A stretch of 64,000 nucleotides of DNA from a virus (lineage: Duplodnaviria > Caudoviricetes), in IMG/VR virus record IMGVR_UViG_3300022555_000004; one strand, 5' to 3'. The notes under the pieces were generated by a model. It did not search any database. It had not been told where the DNA came from and worked only from the letters and a program-made list of their open reading frames with translations. A program made the translations under genes and the position numbers. This document shows positions 49,506 through 57,414 of the stretch, piece by piece. Position 1 is the stretch's first letter. Each line of letters starts with the position of its first letter.

Positions 49506-49812
49506 TTATATCAGTGACCTCCTTTTTTAATATATCCAATTCTTTCTTTGTTGCTACATATGCTAGTTGTGATGTTCGTAATTGAATAGTCAATGCGCTC
49601 AATTGTTTTTCTTTTTCTTGTAATTCTTTATTTTTTATTTCCATATTATTTACATACTCAATACGGTATTTTTCAATATAACTATCTAATACACTTTGGA
49701 AATATTTTGATGATGGCCCTTTCAGACCATAAAATAATAACACAAGGCATATGATAACAATACCTATTGCAATCACATATTTTCCAACAACATCCCATAC
49801 TTCCTTAAACAT
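49441..49812 (-). CDS. i-spanin-like protein
   Basis: N-terminal TM then coiled coil; overlaps the next gene. Confidence 0.5.
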   Translation of the reverse strand: MFKEVWDVVGKYVIAIGIVIICLVLLFYGLKGPSSKYFQSVLDSYIEKYRIEYVNNMEIKNKELQEKEKQLSALTIQLRTSQLAYVATKKELDILKKEVTDINEPKDVKEIKARLKTLGYTVK

Positions 49813-49823
49813 TTTGATACCTC

Positions 49824-50474
49824 CTAAATTGTACCTTCATAATATCCAACTACATCAGATGGATTCCAAATATTTTCATTACTTTTTATTTGATTTACAT
49901 ATCTCAATTTACCACAAAGGCAAGCATCGAATCCAGTGGTTGCTTCTTTGTTTATTTGTCCGCCCCAACCACCGCCAAATTGAAAATATCTATATTTACC
50001 AATTCGTATATTCATTGAAAAATATGGTATTGGTATATAGTGCCAAAATGAAGCAGCAAATTGAATAAAGAACATACTATTACAATATTTTGTATACCAT
50101 TTATTCCAAATACGAAGATCAGCAATTACATATTTTTTTCCTTTCCACATAAGTTTTCTATCACCCATAGGGACAGACCAACAATTATTTATAGGTTCCT
50201 TTTCATCATAAGGAAGATATCCCATTCTCAAATTCAATAATGAATATGGTTTTACATTTTTGAATACAAACGGCGGAACTGTATCTCGTAATACCTCTGC
50301 CGGATTACGGACAAAATCTTCAAGATTACTTGATTTACCATAAATGTAGGTGTCAAACCATTTCCATTTTCTACAAAAAGTAATCAACGATTGAAACCAT
50401 TTCATTTCCCAAATATGCATTTTAATCCCCTCCATCAACTTCATCTTCATCATAGTCATTTTCAACAAAATCAC
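49824..50474 (-). CDS. Trp/Tyr-rich hypothetical protein (start probably MHIWEMKW)
   Basis: GGAG RBS before MHIW. Confidence 0.5.
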   Translation of the reverse strand: MILLKMTMMKMKLMEGIKMHIWEMKWFQSLITFCRKWKWFDTYIYGKSSNLEDFVRNPAEVLRDTVPPFVFKNVKPYSLLNLRMGYLPYDEKEPINNCWSVPMGDRKLMWKGKKYVIADLRIWNKWYTKYCNSMFFIQFAASFWHYIPIPYFSMNIRIGKYRYFQFGGGWGGQINKEATTGFDACLCGKLRYVNQIKSNENIWNPSDVVGYYEGTI

Positions 50475-51243
50475 TGGTTGTAATTCTATACTTTTCTAAT
50501 AAACACGGGCTTTCTGTCCATACCTCTTTATTTCCAGGCAATTTATCGCCAATCTTTTTTATCATAAATCTATTTGCTGGTAATACATTTCTAAATGCTT
50601 CAAGAACAGGCACACCTTTCTTAATTTTTATCAATATGTCATCAACTTGTTTAGGACACCAAATATGTTCATCACGAAATTTAATAATATCTATATGTTC
50701 TTTATCTGCTTTATTAATCTTATCAAACATTTCTTTTAATACATTTGGTTTAGTTTCATTTGATTCTATCGAAATATCAAAAACATTGAGTATCATTCTA
50801 ATCATTTGATTCATTTCTGGCATACTATAATCAAACGACCCCCAAAAATGATTTGCTGGTGTTACACCAAGTATGGCGCCATCATACGGATATACTTGAT
50901 ATAGTGATCCCCAATCAGACCCACCACTTTTGCTTGTCGAACATATAACAGATTTGGAGAATTTAGGATATTTCTTCCATTGAGATAAAAGTTCCATCAA
51001 TAACATATACCAATTTTGTGTATATTCAGATACTCTTGTATGTTGAGATGGATCAATGAATAAATATGGAACATTTTCCATTTTACTAATACCACGATAT
51101 AATGGTGAATGCATAGAATGTTTACAATGTTTTTCTTTCAATTCTAAAAACATATCTTCTGTTATAGGAACTGAACGATGTTTTTTTCCTTCTAATCTAT
51201 CATTATTACCATATTCAAGTAAGAAATTATTTAATCTGCTCAT
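50422..51243 (-). CDS. ADP-ribosyltransferase-like paralog 6
   Basis: MSRLNNFLLE; LYRG, ICSTS, KEVW; YPK.SKS.IC shared with paralogs 1, 2 and 5. Confidence 0.6.
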   Translation of the reverse strand: MSRLNNFLLEYGNNDRLEGKKHRSVPITEDMFLELKEKHCKHSMHSPLYRGISKMENVPYLFIDPSQHTRVSEYTQNWYMLLMELLSQWKKYPKFSKSVICSTSKSGGSDWGSLYQVYPYDGAILGVTPANHFWGSFDYSMPEMNQMIRMILNVFDISIESNETKPNVLKEMFDKINKADKEHIDIIKFRDEHIWCPKQVDDILIKIKKGVPVLEAFRNVLPANRFMIKKIGDKLPGNKEVWTESPCLLEKYRITTSDFVENDYDEDEVDGGD

Positions 51244-52040
51244 TTTACTCCAAGGATATGTTCATTAGGATTTATAAAATTATACCAATGCATCGGGTCA
51301 ATAGTTTTCTCAAAAAATAATGGAACATATGTTTTTGGTTTTATAATCTCTATTGGTTCTATTGTTTTAGTTGATTTCACATACCAAAATCGTTGACCGT
51401 CCGGCCCTAATCTATATTGTTGTGAATACTTATAAACCTTTTCCCCATATGAATAATTTACATCACAAAAGGATAACCATTTTGTTTTAGCTTTATCAGT
51501 ATATACACCACCACGAACACAATATTTTTTCATCTCTGTGTTGTCGCATACAGTTCCACCACGTTCACTTTCATAAAAGAACCAATATCCACCATTATAA
51601 AATCTGTATACATCGGCTAAATTTTCACCACATATATCTTTATACTTAGAAGGATATCCTTTATTCTTGTTCTTACCTACTGTAATTGATTGTTGATTAA
51701 ACTTTTGTGTTCTAATCAACATGATATAATACGACTGAGCACGTATAGAACTTTGTACATTATATGGGTCAATGGTAATATATTTTCTTATTTCGGCCGT
51801 TACTCCTGTTGATGGTGTGAATTGAAATAATCCAATGCCCCCATCAAATGATACTAAATCACCACGGCAGGATGTTTCAGTTATAGCACATCCGATATTA
51901 TACCACCAAGGAAAACTAGGGCCATTATATTGTATACCATATGCCCGTATATCTGGCAAATAATCTTGACATCTATCCTTAGCAACGGATGAAAAAGGCA
52001 ATAGTGCCATAAGTAGTATAAGTAACCATTTTTTAATCAT
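51240..52040 (-). CDS. Lytic transglycosylase (SLT-like) endolysin with signal peptide
   Basis: TETSCR...GGIGLFQFTP.T...YNGG; signal MIKKWLLILLMALLPFSSVA. Confidence 0.8.
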   Translation of the reverse strand: MIKKWLLILLMALLPFSSVAKDRCQDYLPDIRAYGIQYNGPSFPWWYNIGCAITETSCRGDLVSFDGGIGLFQFTPSTGVTAEIRKYITIDPYNVQSSIRAQSYYIMLIRTQKFNQQSITVGKNKNKGYPSKYKDICGENLADVYRFYNGGYWFFYESERGGTVCDNTEMKKYCVRGGVYTDKAKTKWLSFCDVNYSYGEKVYKYSQQYRLGPDGQRFWYVKSTKTIEPIEIIKPKTYVPLFFEKTIDPMHWYNFINPNEHILGVK

Positions 52041-52543
52041 TAGTTCTCCAATACCATAAGTTGAACATCTGTTACTATGCCCTTATACGGCGTTCCAAGT
52101 GGGACAAATCCTAATTTTTTATTGACAATCAACGATGCTTTGTTCGTTACTCTTATTGTAGCATATATGCCTTGATTGTTTACCTTAACAAACAATTTCT
52201 TTTTCAATAATGTATTATATCCTTTTCCTCTGCTCGATGGATCAGTAAATGAGAATCCAACTTCATATGGATAGTCATCAGCGTAATCTTCAACACCGGC
52301 TTTTCTGAAAATGTCAAAATCACCCTCTTTTAGTGAAGTGACTGCCTTGATTGCCGACCCTTCAAATAGAAATCCTACCCAAATCAATTCTTTGAATGAA
52401 TTTTTGACGTGGGCAGGCGTGTTCTGATCACCTGATACTACGAGGTCAATAAATTTTTGACGGTCTTCTAGGGAACATTCAGACGGTTTTTGTATAACAA
52501 TTTTTACATTGCTTTGTTCTGTTATATATTGTTGTAATCTCAA
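52040..52543 (-). CDS. GNAT acetyltransferase with capsid-targeting-like N-terminus
   Basis: TTG start gives MRLQQYITE; SRGKGY, N.AS..VN.KLGF. Confidence 0.75.
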   Translation of the reverse strand: MRLQQYITEQSNVKIVIQKPSECSLEDRQKFIDLVVSGDQNTPAHVKNSFKELIWVGFLFEGSAIKAVTSLKEGDFDIFRKAGVEDYADDYPYEVGFSFTDPSSRGKGYNTLLKKKLFVKVNNQGIYATIRVTNKASLIVNKKLGFVPLGTPYKGIVTDVQLMVLEN

Positions 52544-52547
52544 TGGT

Positions 52548-52871
52548 TTATCCGCCTCTTGCCCACGCAAAGATTATTGTTACATACCAAGCAATAATCA
52601 ATAGATTGTTTGACCAATCCTTTTCTAATGCAAAATTGATATATGGGAATATGATTTTTCGTGATATATGAGCATGAATGATACCAGCAGATACAAATAC
52701 TAATTTACTAAAGAAGATACTGATTAGTCCTAGTTTTGCTGTAGCGGGTAATATAACATCAGGAGCAAAAAATGCTATCAAGAATACACCTAATAACATC
52801 AAGGCATCAATTGATATTCGTTTTATAAAATCAAATTTAGATATTTTTGCTTCATCTTTTTTATCTGACAT
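52548..52871 (-). CDS. Putative holin (three TM)
   Basis: Three hydrophobic helices, HISRKIIFPYI; upstream of the SLT gene. Confidence 0.65.
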   Translation of the reverse strand: MSDKKDEAKISKFDFIKRISIDALMLLGVFLIAFFAPDVILPATAKLGLISIFFSKLVFVSAGIIHAHISRKIIFPYINFALEKDWSNNLLIIAWYVTIIFAWARGG

Positions 52872-52913
52872 AACACACCTCTTTACACTAATTTATTTCA
52901 TATCTTTATTTAT

Positions 52914-52953
52914 AAAAAAAAACACTAAAGAAACGAAACTTCCTTAGTGTTTT
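52914..52953. terminator. Putative bidirectional intrinsic terminator
   Basis: aaaaacactaa...ttagtgttttt inverted repeat with A/T tails. Confidence 0.5.
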
Positions 52954-52974
52954 TATATATGATATGTGTTTATT

Positions 52975-53181
52975 CTATTTCGTTGCCTGCTTATATAATC
53001 TAATAATCGAAACTCCTACACATAATAGTAACCAACCAATCATGAACATAGGCGATGTTCCAAACCAACTATCCATCTTCAATCCAACAAAGGTGAATAA
53101 CATTGTGCTTAATACCATTATAAACGACCAAGCACTCAACGAATATACTTTCTGCATTATGTTTCTTTGTGTGTTATTCAT
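52975..53181 (-). CDS. AtpZ/AtpI (ATPase gene 1)-like two-TM protein
   Basis: FVGLKMDSWFGTSPMFMIGWLLL; ATG 53181 overlaps the endonuclease stop. Confidence 0.7.
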   Translation of the reverse strand: MNNTQRNIMQKVYSLSAWSFIMVLSTMLFTFVGLKMDSWFGTSPMFMIGWLLLCVGVSIIRLYKQATK

Positions 53182-54028
53182 AATATCCTCCGATATTTTT
53201 ATGTACTTCACACATTTTCTTTTTTGTTTCTTCGTTATGTTTTTTACCATACATACCATTTTTACACCCTCTACAGGATTCACTAATCTTTCTTTTTGTT
53301 TCTTCTGTATGTGTTCTTCCTTTCATAATCTCACTATGATGTTTTCTTTGTTCTTCTGATATTATCTTTCCTTTATGTCTATCACTCATTTTCTTTTTTG
53401 ATTCGGTTGTATGTTTACGACCCTTACCAGACTTACTCATTTTCTGCTTTGTTTCTTCTGATACTTCTATACCTTTATGTGACTCACTCATTTTCTGCTT
53501 TGTTTCTTCTGAAGCAAAATGTTTTCCTTTATTGGATTCGCTTATTTTCTGTCGTGATTTTTCTGATAGTATCCGTTCTTTTGCGTATATACTAGCCGCT
53601 TGTTTTATCCTTAGTTTTATCTCATCCGTTCTATTTTTATACGCCTCTCTCATTTTTTGTTTTGCATCATCTGTATGACATATACCAGCCATTCCTCCAC
53701 TAATTGTGTCAACAAAATTACATAGAGGGCCTGTATTATTGTTTTGTCTACCAACAGCTCGGTTTATTTTTCCTTCTAAAACAAATGCATCATATTCATT
53801 TAAATGTTCTGTATGAAAAATAATTAAAGGCGTGCCTATCTCTTTTATTTTATTACTGAAATCTTTATTATAACATCTTTTCAAATGACTATGCGCCCGT
53901 CCATTACACCCTTTACCTACATAGAATGGTTCATAACCAAACTCATATTCACCATACACATAGTTACCAGGCTTACGTGGATCAAGATATACATAGACAT
54001 AAAAAATATTTTCTTCTGGGTTACACAT
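53174..54028 (-). CDS. GIY-YIG (LEM3-like) homing endonuclease with NUMOD3 repeats
   Basis: YVYVYLDPRKPG...PFYVGKG; SEETKQKMS repeats. Confidence 0.85.
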   Translation of the reverse strand: MCNPEENIFYVYVYLDPRKPGNYVYGEYEFGYEPFYVGKGCNGRAHSHLKRCYNKDFSNKIKEIGTPLIIFHTEHLNEYDAFVLEGKINRAVGRQNNNTGPLCNFVDTISGGMAGICHTDDAKQKMREAYKNRTDEIKLRIKQAASIYAKERILSEKSRQKISESNKGKHFASEETKQKMSESHKGIEVSEETKQKMSKSGKGRKHTTESKKKMSDRHKGKIISEEQRKHHSEIMKGRTHTEETKRKISESCRGCKNGMYGKKHNEETKKKMCEVHKNIGGYYE

Positions 54029-54032
54029 AGAT

Positions 54033-54128
54033 TACCTCACTATAAATAGAATTGGAAGGGACAGCGGATACCTCACGCCGTTGCTTGTGTGGTCTCAACA
54101 CCAAGCTTACCTTCTATATCTATTTATA
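54033..54128 (-). ncRNA. Structured leader element, copy C
   Basis: TATAAATA..GAAGG-UAA-GCUUG..CAAGC-AACGGCG-UGAGGUAUC-CGCUGU-CCCUUC..CUAUUUAUA. Confidence 0.7.
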
Positions 54129-54163
54129 AAATTGTATAATATGGTAAATCTAAAAACTTAATA

Positions 54164-54439
54164 TTAAGCAGAAACAAGAGTTTTGATGGCATCAATAACT
54201 GGATTAGTAAACAAAGATACCAATAAGGTATAAAGAGCAAATGTTCCAATAGCTTCACTTGTAAATATTCTTTTATACTTGTTCTTTAATCCTACAATAA
54301 CTAAACCACCCACCATCAAACATCCAAGTTGAAAATAAGGAAATGCTTCGATTGGTGCTGCTGTTGCCTGTGCAATTGCAAATGTGCCTGTCATCAATAC
54401 TACTGCCGCTGTCGTCAATAATGTCGTTAATTTTTTCAT
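54164..54439 (-). CDS. Small membrane protein with signal peptide
   Basis: Signal MKKLTTLL..FAIA; two TM helices; AGGAG RBS. Confidence 0.7.
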   Translation of the reverse strand: MKKLTTLLTTAAVVLMTGTFAIAQATAAPIEAFPYFQLGCLMVGGLVIVGLKNKYKRIFTSEAIGTFALYTLLVSLFTNPVIDAIKTLVSA

Positions 54440-54553
54440 ATCATTTCTCCTAAACTAAAGTATTTTTGTCACAATCATGCCTTATTAAGTAGAAATATCT
54501 ATACCAAAGTGACCTGTTTTTGAAAATATATTTTAAACTGACTGAATAAAGAC

Positions 54554-54582
54554 TTGACAAAAATAATAAGATAAGATATAAT
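54554..54582 (+). promoter_or_regulatory. Sigma70-type promoter
   Basis: TTGACA-17-TATAAT exact. Confidence 0.75.
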
Positions 54583-54678
54583 GTTTACAAATGAAAAATT
54601 GAACATTATATCAAATGGTATTGAACGAAATGATTTAATGAAGTTACATACTTAACTAATGATTGAACGAGGTGATAA

Positions 54679-55209
54679 ATGAATGAAAATATATATTATG
54701 TCTATGTTTTTTTAGACCAAATGAAAGAAGGTATTTATAATTATGGTGGTGAATATATGTTCAACTATGAACCGTTTTATGTTGGTAAAGGAAAAAATGG
54801 TCGATATTCATCACATCTAAAAGGCAAATCACACAATAAAGAATTAAGAGCGAGAATAGATTATATAAAAGAAACAACAAAAACAGAACCAACTATTATG
54901 AAACTCTATTATCATTTGAGTAATTCTGATGCCATAATTGAAGAACGGCGAGCGATCAATATTATTGGAACCAAAACCAGTAAACGAATCAAAGGGCCAT
55001 TAGTCAATAAAGATTTTTCTAATGTATATGACAATTCTATACCTAATATAGACAAAGAAACTTACATTTTGGATCACCCTTATATTTCATCACAACAAGT
55101 ATTTATTGGTATATACAATTTTCTTGCTTTCTGTAAACGAAAACATTTGAATAGTCAATCGTTAATTGACGGTAAAATAATTGATGGATGGTCTTTAACT
55201 ATTGTATAA
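54679..55209 (+). CDS. GIY-YIG (LEM3-like) endonuclease, short version
   Basis: YYVYVFLD...EPFYVGKGK..R...GPLVN; GAGG RBS. Confidence 0.8.
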   Translation: MNENIYYVYVFLDQMKEGIYNYGGEYMFNYEPFYVGKGKNGRYSSHLKGKSHNKELRARIDYIKETTKTEPTIMKLYYHLSNSDAIIEERRAINIIGTKTSKRIKGPLVNKDFSNVYDNSIPNIDKETYILDHPYISSQQVFIGIYNFLAFCKRKHLNSQSLIDGKIIDGWSLTIV

Positions 55210-55210
55210 T

Positions 55211-55238
55211 AAAAAAGGGAGGCTCTATGGCCTCCCTT
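55211..55238 (-). terminator. Intrinsic terminator after gp32
   Basis: AAGGGAGGC/GCCUCCCUU stem followed by a U-tract on the minus strand, between convergent genes. Confidence 0.8.
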
Positions 55239-55259
55239 CAAAACTATTTTAATTCCGTA

Positions 55260-56216
55260 TTAACGCATGGCTCTAAGCTCGGCCATCAAATCTGCTTCAT
55301 CCAAATCACCTGTTTCAACGGCTTCTGCTTCCAATGTGGTTGCTGGTACTTCTTCACCTAATTCAGCGGGCACATCATCAACAACTTTTGATGCCTTAAT
55401 AGGAGCGCCGTTGTGTTTCTGCCATTCTACTTCAACCATATCCCACAACATTTCGTTTTTCAACATCTTGATTGTATCGTCTTTTGACATTTCAAGGCTT
55501 GTAAGATATTCATCAATAGAATATGTTGAACCCATAATTTCCTTAATCCTTGCATCATTGTCAGCCAATGGTGAAGATTTGCGTGAGAAAATAGAATCCG
55601 AATAATCAGGATATGTATTTCCCTTTGCATCTGGTTTGGTTGATTTGATTTTGATTATGATATTATGTCCATCTGCGCCTGGGTCAAATATGGCATAGCC
55701 TAATCCTTCCTTCTTATCCAAAACCTCATTCTTTAACTTAGATTCTAGTTTAGAAGGAAATTCATATAACTTCGTTTTACCTGATGCCTTCTTTGTTTCA
55801 TCATCTTGGTCTTTATCTCTTGGGTCATCAACAACATAAAAATTGCCGACATGACGTTCTTTCCTCTTTCTGGCAAAAGCAACCTTCTTGTCATCTGCTG
55901 TACCTGTATATAGTGAACTTACAACGGAACATACCGGACAAAAACATTCCATTCCATGTGTTTTAGGGCACATAAAGAATATCCACCGATCTCCAGATTT
56001 CCACATATGATAGAAATACTTGCGCGTGAAACATCCCTTCTGATCAGGAATAAATCTTCCTTCATATACTTTTGCTTTTTCAGCAGTTCCTGCTTGTGGT
56101 GATTGCCATACGAAATCTTGCCGCCTTATTGGGTTTTTTACTTCACTAATTTCCTTTTGTTTTTCGCCAACATAATTGTCGAAAAGTTTAGCATTGATCC
56201 ATTTTGATTGCCCCAT
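55260..56216 (-). CDS. gp32: Single-stranded DNA-binding protein (T4 gp32-like)
   Basis: GRFIP...YH...CP.THG..C.CPVC...RK....NFYVVDDP...GK.KLY; acidic tail; start ATG 56216 after GGAGG. Confidence 0.88.
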   Translation of the reverse strand: MGQSKWINAKLFDNYVGEKQKEISEVKNPIRRQDFVWQSPQAGTAEKAKVYEGRFIPDQKGCFTRKYFYHMWKSGDRWIFFMCPKTHGMECFCPVCSVVSSLYTGTADDKKVAFARKRKERHVGNFYVVDDPRDKDQDDETKKASGKTKLYEFPSKLESKLKNEVLDKKEGLGYAIFDPGADGHNIIIKIKSTKPDAKGNTYPDYSDSIFSRKSSPLADNDARIKEIMGSTYSIDEYLTSLEMSKDDTIKMLKNEMLWDMVEVEWQKHNGAPIKASKVVDDVPAELGEEVPATTLEAEAVETGDLDEADLMAELRAMR

Positions 56217-56238
56217 TTCTATTACCTCCATTCAATTT

Positions 56239-56262
56239 GCTTAGTTATTGCCTTAAGCGGCA
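56239..56262 (-). promoter_or_regulatory. Putative H-type pseudoknot in the gp32 leader
   Basis: UGCC-GCUUAA-GGCA-AUAAC-UAAGC: S1 UGCC/GGCA, S2 (G)CUUA/UAAG(C). Confidence 0.5.
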
Positions 56263-56308
56263 TTATTTTACCCTTGTGGGTATATTTTAATTAGTGTAAC
56301 ATTATTCA

Positions 56309-56560
56309 TTAGTATTGTAAACTATTTTTTATCCAATATTGAATTGTAGCTGTTGGAATAGACATCATATCTGATATTTGTTTTTGTGTTTTACCATTTA
56401 TTTTTAGTGATATGGCCTCTAAAATGATAGCATTAGAATATTTTTGATTCTTTCCTTTACCAGACTTGCTTATGTTTCTTTTGTGTTCTTCGGATTTATG
56501 TCTGCCTTTAGCTGATTTACTAATATTCTTCTTATGTTCTTCTGAAAATATTTTTTCCAT
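56309..56560 (-). pseudogene. NUMOD3 plus HTH protein lacking a nuclease domain
   Basis: SEEHK.NISKS repeats; HTH similar to the C-terminus of 30592..31392. Confidence 0.6.
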
Positions 56561-56561
56561 T

Positions 56562-56831
56562 TCATATTAGATCCTTTATTTTATAAATTAGTTTCCAAAA
56601 CCATACTCGAAATTGTCTAATTGGGTGACCCTTTAAATAACGAGTATGTAGTATTTTAACAGCGTCTGTTTCTTTCATTCGTCTCATTCCTCCACAATAT
56701 TCTGGACTAGCACAATGAGATAATCCGATACTTCTACAATCTGGACAATATAGTCCAGATGGATTATCTGAAATTGGAGCATTTTTTGCTGGTTTCTTTT
56801 CCAGATATTCAAATGGTTTCATTTTGTTCAA
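56562..56831 (-). CDS. Small Cys-rich hypothetical protein
   Basis: YCPDCR...HCASPEYCGGM. Confidence 0.5.
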   Translation of the reverse strand: MNKMKPFEYLEKKPAKNAPISDNPSGLYCPDCRSIGLSHCASPEYCGGMRRMKETDAVKILHTRYLKGHPIRQFRVWFWKLIYKIKDLI

Positions 56832-57051
56832 TTTGCTTATATTTTTCGATTTCCTCTATTAATATACTTGTTACAGAATATTGTATCAATTTTGTAATAT
56901 CATTCTCACTCAATGGTAAAGTATATTGTACCTCATTTGGTTCAAGTTGTAAACGACTCATTGCATATGTTAATAATTTTTCTATATCTAGTTCTGCCAA
57001 ATCAACGTCACAAACGAAATTCCCATCTGTATCTTCAATTCTTATAATCAT
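56809..57051 (-). CDS. Small acidic hypothetical protein
   Basis: In a run of coupled ORFs. Confidence 0.45.
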   Translation of the reverse strand: MIIRIEDTDGNFVCDVDLAELDIEKLLTYAMSRLQLEPNEVQYTLPLSENDITKLIQYSVTSILIEEIEKYKQIEQNETI

Positions 57052-57414
57052 CTTTTCCTATTCCTATTCCTTCTTTTAATTTTTCAAGTTCATCGGCAAA
57101 TACAGCCCGAAATGCCATCAATGCCACTCGTCTACGTCTATCGTATTCGGATTCAGATTCAAATACTTCTAAACATTCATCTTTCAATTCATTAGTTGGC
57201 AATGATGTCATATTGGTTCCCAATTTTTCTTATTACTTTCTATTTCTTGAAGTATCATATCATCACGAACGCTTTTCATATAAACTAAAGAAGATGTTGA
57301 CCATCCATCATAACAATCTAACCAATACCATAAAATCTTCCTTTGAATTTTATATTGTCCTGAAACTTTATTTTTAACAATTCTAAGTTTATTCATAACC
57401 ATTATTACCTTTTC

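Noticed and set aside
20041-54128. Structured leader element as a twister, hammerhead or known riboswitch
   Set aside because: It has P1 followed by UAA, but lacks the twister GAGGG and pseudoknot segments and the hammerhead CUGANGA/GAAA core. I could not run Rfam.
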